Positions 13,890 to 25,907 of a stretch of 64,000 nucleotides of DNA are shown piece after piece. Numbering within the stretch: position 1 is the first letter of the stretch; the number at the start of each line of letters is the position of its first letter. The position numbers were made by a program, and so were the translations under genes. Below the pieces are notes generated by a model. The model was not told the DNA's origin, did no database searches, and worked only from the letters and a program-made list of their open reading frames with translations. Origin of the DNA: Octopus vulgaris (taxonomy: Eukaryota); contig OX597814.1 in the NCBI GenBank assembly GCA_951406725.2, positions 117,800,001 through 117,864,000 on the forward strand, in the 5' to 3' direction.

Positions 13890-14697
13890 ATTAATAGTAA
13901 TTTTTATTAACTTTTATAGCTTTAGAATTTTATGAACTGAACCATGGTTTTAATTATTATTTTTCATCTCCCTATGTGTTAGTTTTTTTAAAAAAAACTA
14001 TTAGCCAAATATGTATAATATCGGTACTTATTAATATTAATATATACACTGATATATATTTTGTTTTATTTTGTTCTGTTTACCTTCCTTTATTGTACCA
14101 ATGAGTATTATATTATATAAGTGTAGCATTATGATGTATAAGTTTTTATATTTTACATTTTTATATTTTTATATTTATATGTATATGGTTATATAATATT
14201 TTTCACAATTATAACAAATTTAATTTAATTCTCTGAAGAGGCCGTGGGGCATCCTTGTTAATGCCTCATTTATACCTGCCTTTATGGCTTATAGGTTAAA
14301 TGAGGTATGACTGCCCTCACTGCCGAAACAGCTGTCAGTTTTGATTTAATTGCATATTATATTTGAAATTTTTTACTTATATCTCTTTATCTTTTTACTA
14401 TTACTGTATATCTCATTTTGTATAATGCCTTTACTCATATGTAATGGTGTATTAGAGTATTGATTGGGTATCATCGGATAGTTGATGTTTTATTGATTTA
14501 AGTATGTTTCTCCATTCTCTAATTTTGTAGTATTAATTTACGGTAATATTATTACCTTTACCCATATAATACAATAGATGAACTGATTGTTTGACAATTT
14601 TTAACATCTATGTATTAATCTTGTTGGGTACCTATCTGGCAGTATATTGGATATATATTATCCCATGGTGGGTTGAATTTTCAACCCCTATCTCATT

Positions 14698-14702
<5 letters not shown>
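10921..14702 (+). mobile_element. Inverted 5'-truncated copy of the second PLE (right arm)
   Basis: 10921-14529 is the near-exact reverse complement of 6310-9921. It extends ~170 bp further and ends in (AT)n. ORF 10854-12047 is the same linker/GIY-YIG region. Confidence 0.9.
14227..14342 (+). ncRNA. Minimal type I hammerhead ribozyme with extended helix II
   Basis: CTGAAGA at 14233; helix II ggc/gcc with inner stems gtgggg/cctcac and cctcattta/taaatgagg; GAAAC-AGCT-GTC at 14325-14336. Confidence 0.7.
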
Positions 14703-14749
<47 letters not shown>

Positions 14750-14806
14750 TAATCCAAACAAGAAAACAGAAAAAAAGAGAAAAAAACACAGCAACGCAGG
14801 ACGTGG

Positions 14807-14854
<48 letters not shown>

Positions 14855-15015
14855 CGTAATATATAAATATATACATATATACATACATATATGTACATAC
14901 ATACATGTATATTATTATTAGAAGTAGGTATGTATATGTATGTATATAAGCATATATTCATATTATTATATGATCGAACGCCACGCATTCTTTTCCATAT
15001 CTATCTATCTATCTA

Positions 15016-15060
<45 letters not shown>

Positions 15061-15107
15061 ATGTGTGAGTGTGTGTGTGCGTGTGTGTATATGTTTGTCT
15101 CTGTGTA

Positions 15108-15165
<58 letters not shown>

Positions 15166-15616
15166 TATATGCAAAGATATATATCGACCTGTACATTACA
15201 TTTACAAAGAAACGTATCATCGCAGGCAGGCATTGGCGTTGAGATTCATTAGAGAGAGATAAAATTAGAAACTGAATCGATGAACTAGAGGAAGGCGGAC
15301 TTTTAGCATACAAGTAGATGTTGAGTGACCAGAACCAGGCATTAAATAGATCTGATTTACATTTATTTTTTTCTTAATAAGTAATTATTGTAACTCTCCA
15401 TTGTCAGCAATTTTAATTATTCTTTCGGTTTAATGACTCTGACAAACCTTTGATTCAAAACATCGTAAGTTCCCAACAGTGTCTGATCATGTGTGTGTGT
15501 GTGTGTATGTGTGTGTGTGTGTGTGTGTGTGTACAATGTTCAAAATGAACACACGAGTTGATATATATGGAAAAATGTCAAGGTAGAAAATACTAACATA
15601 ATTTTGTGAAACATTT

Positions 15617-15652
15617 CAGTACCGGTTTCAGTCATTGAGACCTTTTAAACTG
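15617..15652 (-). ncRNA. Degenerate minimal HHR-like motif
   Basis: Minus strand: cag-TTTAAAA-ggtc-tcaat-gact-GAAAC-CG-GTA-ctg. This fits a U3-A8 core with G5 mutated. Confidence 0.4.
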
Positions 15653-15740
15653 TAAGTATGGAAAACAAATAAATTTTATAATACAGAATTAAAATGTTGA
15701 TGACCTACAATATATTTTTCCCATGTTTATAATTCAATAC

Positions 15741-16760
15741 AGTATTCTACTGTATTAGCATTCCTGTTACATCATTTGTTACGTATACTATTACAGATTT
15801 TCTATAGAAACCATAGCCAACGCAGATTTTGTTACGACCAACCATATCAGGGCTTTCGTACACGACTCGTAGCAACAAAGTCGGTGTTGGCTGAAGAAAA
15901 TATGTGAAAATACGTTAACAAACAAATAAAAGAAAACCTCTATTAATAATGGTCACAAACAAATAAAACTGCTTGAGTTTCATACACAACGTTCATATAT
16001 ATAATATTATACATGTATATAAACTTTTCAGATGATGAAAATATCTTATAAAAAGGAAATAACATTGGGGATAATAATGATAAATATCATAAAGAGTGAC
16101 TTACATTTGAAAAAGAAATTCAAGCATTGGCATTGCGGATCACAAATTTCCTGTTGAAGTTCATTCTGCTATATTTAGCTACGTTTTATTTTGTGGGGCT
16201 GTTTATTTTTCACGGATAGAGATGAATGAAGAAGTGCATTCCCCAATAACGAAATCTAAATAACTTGATATAGGCTGGTGTTATTGTGATCGGAACGATA
16301 CAAGCTGAATAATATTCATAGAAAGATTTATGTGCGGGAAAACTTGTAACTTGCTCTCTGTTTAATATGTGCGTAAATGTAGAGATCGCTTTCTTGAACA
16401 CCCAACATACTGTCTGAAATATTCGCTATAACACATCACATTATAAATATAACCCGCTGTTTCGCCAATAAAATTTTCGTTTTATGTAATATTTCATAAT
16501 AAGTTTAAAAATTGGAGCAAATATATAACAGAAAAATAAACAAAATCTGTTACCCATGTTTAAATGCTTTAACTGACCAATGAAACAAATATGTGATAAT
16601 TGTAAACGTGGTAGGAAATTTTACAAAAAGCACCCGTTTACAATTTGTAAGCAAAACATTATTATTTGTCCTCCACGATGCTGTGTGGTAAGACGCTTGC
16701 TTCTCAAACGCATGATTCGAGGTTCAATCCCATTTCGTAGCACCTTTGGCAAGCGTTTTC
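15741..16760. repeat. ~1 kb segment duplicated at ~57610-58510, containing an exon-like block
   Basis: Collinear, same-orientation similarity is visible along the whole length, including a SINE head at the same position. Confidence 0.85.
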
Positions 16761-16790
16761 TACTGAAAGAAGCCTGCCATATATATAGAT
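16676..16790 (+). mobile_element. Truncated tRNA-derived SINE head
   Basis: ctgtgtggtaaga.gcttgcttc...ggttcaatccc...cacctttggcaag matches the SINE at 40428. Confidence 0.6.
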
Positions 16791-16855
16791 ATATATATAT
16801 GTGTGTGTGTGTGTGTGTTTGTGTGCGTGTGTGTGTTTTTCCCTCCCTTGCGCCA

Positions 16856-17367
16856 TAACGTGCTTTCACTTCACTACCGAGGGTAGATCTGTGTGCCTTG
16901 GGTATGGGCTGTGATTTGTTGTGATGCTCTGATGTTTACTGTATTGAAAGTGTTCTGCCTAGGATGTGTGCAGTTCCTAGTAGTGCAATTTTCTGTATGT
17001 TATATGTGTTTGTAAGTCCTGGTGTTTTTGTTATGTATTTGTCTGAATATTTTTTAACATGCCTAATGCACTTACCATGATAGAGATTGTTTCTGCTTTT
17101 AGATTCCACATTCTAGTTACCTCTATTTCCAGGTCTTTGTATTTTGAGAGTTTCTCCATTCCTTTTAGAGGCACGTTGTAATCTGCTGGTATTGATACAT
17201 TTGATACATCAATTAGAAAGCATTTTTTTCTTCATGATCTCTGACAACTATATCTGGTCTGTTGGCTTTAATTTCTCTATCTGTGCGTATCGGCATATCC
17301 CAGAGTATGGTTGCTTTCTCGTTTTTTGTGAGCTTTTCTGGTGTGTGCTTATACCATCTTTTTTCTG

Positions 17368-17370
<3 letters not shown>
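16856..17370 (-). mobile_element. 3' fragment of the same R4/Dong family as 1-474
   Basis: Reverse complement matches 1-455 (RLE-coding end and 3'UTR). Its 5' end abuts (TAA)n at 17371-17439. Confidence 0.85.
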
Positions 17371-17439
<69 letters not shown>

Positions 17440-17960
17440 GTTATTCTGAGAGACTCTCGGATAGTTCTTAATTACCGGTTATTCTTTACGTGAAAGCATG
17501 AATGACAAATCACCAAATGTTTCAAGTCGTGTCTTCTCCTGTGACTCAAACAGACAATACACTCCTTAGAATGCGAACTATACCGAACGTTACCGTCTTC
17601 TTGATCACTTCGAGCCTGATAGCAACTTCAATATTCTTAATTTTTTTTTCAAAGCCCTTAGAAACTGCTCTGAATTCTCCAATTACCACTTGTATGACCA
17701 TTATTTTTCATCATGCCCCATAACTTCCTATCTAATTCCGCAGAGGCTGGTATTACTCAATCGTTTCTGTTTTCTTGCATTTCACCCACGAAACGGCTGG
17801 TATTGTAACATCCATTATCTTTTATTCTTATTCATCTTTTTGGATGAGCACGATATCTGGTCGTGTCGCACTGCATGTTAAAATCCCAGAGTATTTTGCA
17901 ATGTTTGTTTTTCGTTACTCCCTCTGGTTTTGTTCGTTACATTTTTCGGCTCCCCGAGGT
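17371..17960 (-). mobile_element. Degenerate 3' end of another RLE LINE with (TAA)n tail
   Basis: Minus strand reads ...RLEVIKKTVTFGIVRILRSVLS, equivalent to the QKIALL.TAHILRR C-terminus of the other copies. Confidence 0.55.
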
Positions 17961-18404
17961 TTGCTTTACCACACAACAGCCAGGAGACATAAAACCACAC
18001 TAAAACTACAACCGCGTCATCAACTATATCAGCAACAGCATCAGAAATCTCCCAAATAACCAGAAACATTTTAACACAAAACACCTCCCCAAGATATAAC
18101 CGTCCCCTCTTCGGATACTTCAGACATGTCTATTAATGAAGGGGGCTGTGAGAAGCTTCAATGACACACGGTTTTCGAGGCCAAGAAAAGTGGAACAAAA
18201 ACACCTCAACGCCAACAAGAACAACCGGCAGATACGAACACAAGAATGATATAACTTAGAGCAACAACGCACAATTATTACCCCAACAACAGCTACATTA
18301 ACATTGAATTTGGAAATAAGGAGCACGAGTTGGTATAGACGATGCTGAGCTGTGAGGTTTGAGGGACGGGAATTAGGGAACAAGAGAATAAGGGGTATCA
18401 GAGA

Positions 18405-18640
18405 AGGCGGCGAGCTGGCAGAAACGTTAGCACGCCGGGCGAAATGCTTAGCAGTATTTCGTCTGCCGTTACGTTCTGAGTTAATATTCCGCCGAGGTCG
18501 ACTTTGCCTTTCATCCTTTCGGGGTCGATTAAATAAGTACCAGTTACGCACTGGGGTCGATATAATCGACTTAATCCGTTTGTCTGTCCTTGTTTGTCCT
18601 CTCTGTGTTTAGCCCCTTGTGGGTAGTAAAGAAATAGGTA
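18405..18640 (+). mobile_element. tRNA-derived SINE (family A)
   Basis: ggcggcgagctggcaga..cgttagc head, B-box-like gagtt...tcc, central gcctttcatcctttcggggtcgat. A second copy is at 50537. Confidence 0.8.
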
Positions 18641-18959
18641 TCGTTGTCGGGGGTATCTACTTTACTTCGATTCGCCCTCGATTCACTTTCCCTGTCAGCT
18701 CTACAGCATGCGACCAGAGGTAGGACTTGATTATTTGTCCATCTTGGATGCGTAAATCCTTCTCTCCCATCTGTTTTCTCATCTTCAGTTTCGATATCAT
18801 GTTTCTCCGACGAATTCTCTCTGTCAGAGTGAGTATTCCTCTGGAAACTCCCAGGCATGCTTCTGAGCTCTGTTCAGGAAGGTTGAAGCCTCCTGATCAG
18901 AAGAAAAGATTACTCTTCAAAATGAAGAAGAGGCAGCGCGGTTACAAACCTGGCGGGAA

Positions 18960-19750
18960 AGTTATGACCACAAAAATTTGAGACAAGGGGTTCCCATTTC
19001 ACCTGAATTATTCACATCTCTATGAGAAAAGGTTGTTACAAACTTATAGTTGTCAGATAAACGAATAAACAAAAACGGATGCGTGTTAGATGATCTCAAA
19101 TTGACTAATGTTATTCTAAACAATTCCAGGAGCATTAAAGTATCAATAGAAATACTCAGGGTAATAAAAGAAGTAAGCAAACTATGTAGACTCAGAACTA
19201 GTATTATCCAAACGAAGCTAATCTCCAATCATCTAATCGCAGTCGGAAATGTGATAGATGATGCAATACATCATTATAGCAACTAATACACCTATCTTCG
19301 AACTATAGTCTGCTTGAAGGACAAAAATCGAACCAAAGACTTTGAACGACAGATAGAGTTTGTATGGGCAGACTTTGGTAAATCGAATCACGTAACGAAC
19401 AATGATTTGATCATGTGTTTCAAAAAGAAAGATTTTCAACTTGTGTGTGCTGCTTACCATTACGTATTCATCATAAGCATGGACTACAAAGAACAATATT
19501 GAAAATTAATTAAGAGCAGTGCAAAGAGCAATGGAGTGGAGAATGGCGAAGATTAACAAAACTGATGAGTGGAGAGACAGCATAAAAATAAGTGTGGTAA
19601 CACGTTGAACGGTATTCTCTGAAATAGATTTTCATGGGACATGTGCTTAGAATAAAGGAGGAAAATGGAATGGCAAATATACAGACTGGATCATACATCG
19701 TAGAAAAGAAGAGGGAAAGACCATGTAGATGTTGAAATGAAAACGTTTTT
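18960..19750 (+). mobile_element. Highly degenerate LINE RT relic
   Basis: LRQGVPISPELF-like motif at ~18978. Downstream fragments are broken by stops. Confidence 0.4.
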
Positions 19751-20364
19751 AAATTATTCGCACCCAAATTTGAATAAGAAAATCACATCAGGCCGTGTTT
19801 GGTGGAGACACCATAGTACAGCATTCGTCCAGGAGTGGACCGAAACATGTGCAAATATGATAACAGACAAAATATAAATAAAATCTTCCAAATTAGGGAG
19901 TGAATTATTCTGTGCAAGTCTTTCTTCCTCCCCTTTTTCCTTGTCATTAGTTTAATATTTTTAGATTTTATTTTCTCTATTTGTATCAGAGTTTCTGTAG
20001 TCTGTAATGTCTTATCAGCTTTACACACACATTTGAATTGTTTAAATATATATAATAATAACAAATAAATCCGTTCTCGAATTATTTTTTATCTCATTAG
20101 AATCACTTGTGAACAGCGTATCTAGAAATCCGCTTCACATACACTGATGTTGCTACAACAGCTAAAAATAGAAAAACAATAGGAACAAGAGCCTAAAAAT
20201 ATAGCTGAACTCATTGACACCGGCACTATACATCCCACAACTAGTAGTGGAGAACAAGCCCCCACACAACGCACAAAGCACATTCATTTCCATGGTAGCT
20301 GAACTGATTTACTCATCATCTCTAGTATAGTCATCGTGATTGTTACCCTGATGATCATTCCTAT

Positions 20365-20365
20365 T

Positions 20366-20426
<61 letters not shown>

Positions 20427-20454
20427 GCTACTACTACTACTACTACAACTACTA

Positions 20455-20485
<31 letters not shown>

Positions 20486-20600
20486 AACTACAACTACTAC
20501 TAGTAGTAGTAATGCGGCTACTGTTACTACTACTACCACCACCACCAACACCACCACCACTACTACTATTACTACTACTACTACTACTACCATCACCAAA
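20365..20600. repeat. Compound (CTA)n/(CTG)n/(CCA)n microsatellite
   Basis: Seen directly. Confidence 0.9.
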
Positions 20601-21187
20601 ACCACTAAAAACAGTAGCAACAACCACTTCCTGTAAGGCGAAATACACTTTGTTCCTTCACTTTCTCATTGCAGCAATACCGCTATTAACATCATCTCCA
20701 CCTTATAGTAGACACCATGACATCATCATCAATTCACAATTTACTCATTCCCACGAAAACAACTCAACCCAAATCATTTAACTCTCGCATCTGAAAAGTT
20801 TTCAGGAAGATTTGCTCTGCATCCAGACTTGGGGGTTAAAGTGAAGCTTAGGAATATGCCGCTTTATTTCGCGCAAAACAACTATAACTGCAACGTAAAT
20901 GTACATTCACGACTTTCCGATATGGACACATAAATATACCCTACCTTTAGTATTAAATACTAAAACCTATATGAATCGCTACACATAGATTTTAAAAAAG
21001 GGAAATATGTGAAACTAGCTCACTTCTCTCATTGCACATGAACTCTAAATTTTGCTAAACAAGTGTGTTCCGCTCTACACACGTCAAGAATCACGAAACA
21101 CATCTTGAGGTGGGGTAAAACATAACAATTGCGAGCTATTTCGTCGGTGCAATCTCATCAAGGGGGCCTTCCGACAGGGGTTACACT

Positions 21188-21340
21188 TTTACTCTTTCAT
21201 TATTTTCATTACTTGTTTCAGTTATTTGACTGTGGACATGCTGAGGCACCGCCTTTAGTCGAGCAAATCGACCCCAGGACTTATTCTTTGTAAGCCTAGT
21301 AATTATTCGATCTGTCTTTGTAAGCCTAGTACTTATTCTA
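21188..21340 (-). mobile_element. 3' part of SINE family B
   Basis: Reverse complement matches 40770-40880 (aataagtcctg...gactaaaggcggt...aaatgactgaaacaagtaa). Confidence 0.6.
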
Positions 21341-21669
21341 TAGATTGTGTATTTCTATAAATCATCATCATGGAATTTGCGTGTTTCCTTGGAGATACAG
21401 CATGCAATAAATATGTATTCCATCTTGTGTGTCATGGTGCAAGGTCCTCTTGTCAGACATAGAGTCTTCCAGTACCAAACCTCTTAACCCATGGCAGCAT
21501 TACCTCTTCAAGTTATTTGATGAATGCCTCTGTTTTGAGTCTGAGTACGCGTGGGAAGGTGAATGGAGGCATAACGTCTACGTAACTACTGACCACTCCA
21601 AAAACCATGATATTGATTGGATGTTTGATGTTTATCCCTTACCTCATAGATGCTGGTGGCATATATTAA

Positions 21670-23000
21670 CAGTTTGACATTTCTAGTTTCTGTTCCTCTA
21701 TTAACCCAACTGTACTGAACAAGGCACTCTGACTTTCACACAAGAAAGCAGGTCTCACCAGAGATGAATTCAATGTCGTGTTAGCTGCCAGAAAATATAT
21801 TCTTAAATTTCATAACAAGCTGTGCGTCCGGAAAGATACGTCGGACATCCAAAGATGTCACGATGGAAAGTTCTCATTCAGCATGAATCGCTGTAGAAAA
21901 GAATTTTCCCCAGAATTCAAGATACTATTCGATTATTCGTTCACACCAAATCGGGATAGGGCTTTCTAACGCCTACTCTTTTAATACGTGATAAACGGAG
22001 GGACATTCATATTTTTAATACCAACCATTCTTTAAATATTAATAGCCTCATTGTTAGTGTTTCGGATGTGGATTCCAATCGCATTCGATTCCTTGTCAAT
22101 AATCTTAAGATTAGAAATTCTATTTATGAATGTAAAATTACTTCCGGTTCTGACGTCTGTTTTTATATTGGTAGTTCATCATCTCAGTTGTCCAAAATAA
22201 TATTTATTCATTACCCTACATTTATACATATCAATAATCGTGACAATACTGGGTTGAGAGCTTAGTAAATTCGTTTAGTCTCTAAAGGATCATAGTAAAG
22301 TATATGATTTGGAATGGAATATTCTATCTAAATCATTTCCGTGTGATAAAAGTAAATATATTTGTTCTCCTAGTAATGATGAAATGTCTTTCCTCCTGTT
22401 CTTAGAGAATCATCTTGTAAACAAGTTAAAAGAACGCGCTTTTCGTTGCAATCATTGGTAAAGACATACCTTTACTTCATATAAGTGATTTCTACCATTC
22501 TATAAAAATCGACATTTAACTGTCTTTTTACATTTCAATGCCACTAATTATATTTGTTTTCATGCATGTAAAATTTATTCCTATTTACCTCTCGCACTAT
22601 ATTTCAACACTTTTAATCTTCTGTTAATTTCTTTCTTCCTCCTACTCTTTCTGTAAATTTCCTTTGGCGTTATATATATTAACGGTTTTTTTTTTAAATA
22701 ACTTTCCAGCGTCCCCTTCATTTTATATGCTGTAATCACATTCGGTTAAAATGTCTTATTAATGAGTTTTGTTTCTTTTGTTTCCTGATGAGGAGACTGA
22801 TTTGTTTTACATCATTTTATTCCTTCTGGAATAATACCATAAAACATATGTCGGAAGTATAAAGATTTGAATAACACATACATTTAACACAATTTATTTT
22901 TTAAACTATTTTAATCAAAAACATTTCACCAAAACCTGGATTTTTTATCTTTATTAGTAGGCGGTTACAGCCTTGGTACTTGTGTGAATTTTTGCTACCT
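21670..23000 (+). mobile_element. Old, internally deleted Nematis-like PLE
   Basis: RT remnant DISSFCSSINPTVLNKAL...LAARKYILKFHNKLCVRKDT and GIY-YIG remnant SIYECKIT..FYIG. A decayed HHR lies at 22781-22856 (CTGATGA...AAAAC-ATAT-GTC-ggaa). Confidence 0.65.
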
Positions 23001-23074
23001 TGGCAGCTATTTATTTATCTTTTTCTCTGTTATTTGCAAACTTTGAAACATACGCATAAATTCATATGCATACA

Positions 23075-23215
<141 letters not shown>

Positions 23216-23224
23216 TTATAAATA

Positions 23225-23457
23225 TCGTCATGTTGATTCGCTAGCCTCTGCACGAATTTTTTACTCTCCTTTTTTTCTCTCCTTTTTCTCTCCTTGTTTC
23301 TTTCTGTGTTTCTTTTCTGTGTATCTTTCTGTTGAAGAGCGTAGGCTCGAAACGTAAAAGAGTTGTTTTATTTATATTCCTGAGCGCCATACTAATACAA
23401 TTATTTGTTTGTATTCCACCTGCCTACGTCTTTTGATTATTTTCATAAAGCTTCCCG

Positions 23458-23460
<3 letters not shown>
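23225..23460 (+). mobile_element. Solo pseudo-LTR of the Neptune-like PLE, inserted in (AT)n
   Basis: Matches the reverse complement of 43799-44010. Confidence 0.8.
23324..23361 (+). ncRNA. Minimal HHR variant (A6U core)
   Basis: tcttt-CTGTTGA-a-gagc-gtag-gctc-GAAAC-GTA-aaaga. Confidence 0.65.
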
Positions 23461-23522
<62 letters not shown>

Positions 23523-24060
23523 TGTATGTATGCATGAATGTATGTATGTATGTGTGTATGTATGTATTTGCATCCATCTAATGACAAGCCTAATTAATAA
23601 TACTATAACGTATAAAATTTTATTTAGGAAAAACTATGTAGAATTTCATCAACCAATACAATGTAAATTCGCAAATTATGCTTATTAATTATCGTACTTC
23701 TTTTCACACTGCTTTAACACCCTCTTTCCTCATTATTATATTCAAATTTTTATTAATAATCTTTACGTATACTCGGTGAGCATGCAAAATCATTTGCTCG
23801 TGATGCAAATACGCTATGCAGTATTTCTACTGACATTACGCTCTGTGTTCAAATTCTTCCATGATCTGATTTGCTTGCACATCTCTTGAGGATCTATTCA
23901 AATAATTAAACATGAAGACTTGGGATCGATATTATCAACTAACAGCCTGCCACTAAATTTCATGTATTGCTCCTGAAATTGGTACTAATCTTGTGTATTA
24001 ATAATTGTGTCTCACTTGGTCTATAAAAAATAAAGTTTTCAACGGAATGCAGAAGTTTCG

Positions 24061-25230
24061 TTACTTCAAAACCTTTCTCGTTGCAATGGGGTGATTCATG
24101 CGTTCATTTAAATCGTTCCACAGTTTGTACATAATTTCGGTTTGAGGTACATGGTAAATAGCAATCTTTCTTTTGATGTCCTTCGAAATCTCATGCAAGG
24201 AATTACTAACACCAAATATATAGGCCGAATCATAGTTGGTATGTTTTATACCTAATGCATTGACTAGCATACCAGTTACATAAACATCATCGACCCAAAG
24301 ACGCGGAACTTTTAACGAAATTTTGAGTAAACGGACAGGCATATCAGGGCTCAAGATATAAGCAGATCCCGAGCAGTAAACTTCAAAAGTGCTATTAGGA
24401 TATTCTTCAGGTGAAACATACCACTTACTCTCTTTGTTTCTGAGGACTGGCATTCCTTCCCATACATTACACAATATAAATTTTTCCCGAGCGTATTCGT
24501 ACTGTTGTAGATATCTCAAATGTTTTACCACTTGAAAAATGTCGACTAATATATCATCATCTGTTTTCATTATATATGAAATATTGTGGCAGTTTGTTGC
24601 AATCCAGCGCAGCGCTGCCATTGCTTTGGAATTTAAGTTCCGATACGTGTCGTTGAATTCAGTCTGTAATATGTCATTGTAACGGGCAGATTCTATTTTG
24701 ACCATATCCATAACATGACGTTTGTTGACGACACCCATCACAAATAGTAACTTGGTTTTAAATTTACCCAACACTTTCTTGTCGCCCCATGTTTGCCGTA
24801 TAGCCATTCGTCGCTTAGAGTTCTCTGGTGCTGAGTGAATATAAACAATCATAAAATCATCAGGTACACATAACAAAGAAGGGTTAATTATGTGATGTGT
24901 GTAATAAGGCAGCTTTTCAGGCAACAACGACAATGAGGAGCTGTTCCTAAGTGAATTTTGAACTTTCAGAACCTCATTTCGTTTTGACTGTAAACCACTA
25001 TTGACTGTTAATGATAAAACATGTACTAATGAACTATCAGTTTTGTTCTTATGTATATTTTCGTCGATCGTGATATTGTTATCTCTGGCATTATTCCTCA
25101 TTTTACGCATTTCAATCTCTTGCCGTGGAAGTCGTTCCTTCGTAGAAATTACTTGAAGAAGAAGGTAAATTGAAGAGATGGTTAGCAAGAGGAGAAGTAT
25201 GCGGAATATTCTGGATCGGCGCAGCAACAT
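24061..25230 (-). CDS. Beta-1,3-galactosyltransferase (glycosyltransferase family 31, B3GALT1-like), single coding exon
   Basis: Intact 389-aa ORF with a type II N-terminal TM segment (ILLLLLTISSIYLLLQVI). GT31 motifs: RRMAIRQTWG, DILQ..F.DTY.NL..K, KTDDD (DxD), YCSGSAY, DDVYVTG. Confidence 0.93.
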   Translation of the reverse strand: MLLRRSRIFRILLLLLTISSIYLLLQVISTKERLPRQEIEMRKMRNNARDNNITIDENIHKNKTDSSLVHVLSLTVNSGLQSKRNEVLKVQNSLRNSSSLSLLPEKLPYYTHHIINPSLLCVPDDFMIVYIHSAPENSKRRMAIRQTWGDKKVLGKFKTKLLFVMGVVNKRHVMDMVKIESARYNDILQTEFNDTYRNLNSKAMAALRWIATNCHNISYIMKTDDDILVDIFQVVKHLRYLQQYEYAREKFILCNVWEGMPVLRNKESKWYVSPEEYPNSTFEVYCSGSAYILSPDMPVRLLKISLKVPRLWVDDVYVTGMLVNALGIKHTNYDSAYIFGVSNSLHEISKDIKRKIAIYHVPQTEIMYKLWNDLNERMNHPIATRKVLK

Positions 25231-25297
25231 TATTGCCGTATTTCATTATATGTAGAGCCTTTTGTTTTAGAAAATTCACTTCAAATACCAATTTGAA

Positions 25298-25322
25298 CTG
25301 TAATAAGAAAATGCAAGAAATT
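25298..25322 (-). promoter_or_regulatory. Probable splice acceptor of the GT31 coding exon
   Basis: Minus strand tttcttgcattttcttattacAG, 67 nt upstream of the ATG. Confidence 0.55.
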
Positions 25323-25514
25323 TTAGCGAAACCAAAATCAAATTTATATTCGGGATTATAGATATAAATGCATATATGCTTATATATTGAAATATATGTG
25401 CATACGCCCGTACAGGCATATACATATTTTTAAAACTTGGCGCAAGTTCGAAGTCGCTCTCAAACATATTTTTACTTTCAAACAATATATATATATATAT
25501 GTAAATATATATAT

Positions 25515-25816
25515 CACCTGATCACGTGACCGACCAGACCATCAGATGTTGTTACACATCGCTGGTCACAATGCGTACGCATTGATTTAGCCTTCAAATG
25601 GCGCCACCCCGCTGGCTAAGCGAGCAGGCCAACAGAAGAAAGAGTGAGAGAAAGTTGTGGCGAAAGGGTACAGCAGGGATCCCCCTCCTCTGCCAGAGCC
25701 TCGTGGAGCTTTAGGTGTTTTCATTCAATAAACACTCACAACGCCCGGTCTGGGAATCGAAACCGCGATCGTACGACCGCGAGTCCGCTGCCCTAACCAC
25801 TGGAACATTGCGCCTC
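25515..25816 (-). mobile_element. tRNA-derived SINE (family C)
   Basis: Minus-strand head gaggcgcaat...agtggttagggcagcggactcgcggtc...ggtttcgattccc, with A- and B-box-like motifs. Confidence 0.75.
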
Positions 25817-25829
25817 TACACACACACAC

Positions 25830-25901
<72 letters not shown>

Positions 25902-25907
<6 letters not shown>

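Noticed and set aside
14673-15313. ORFs with poly-IY, poly-HT/CV, poly-I/L/S (here and throughout the window)
   Set aside because: Translations of di- and trinucleotide microsatellites.
25740-25816. tRNA gene (also heads at 18405, 40428, 50537)
   Set aside because: These are tRNA-like heads followed by SINE bodies, without an intact cloverleaf.
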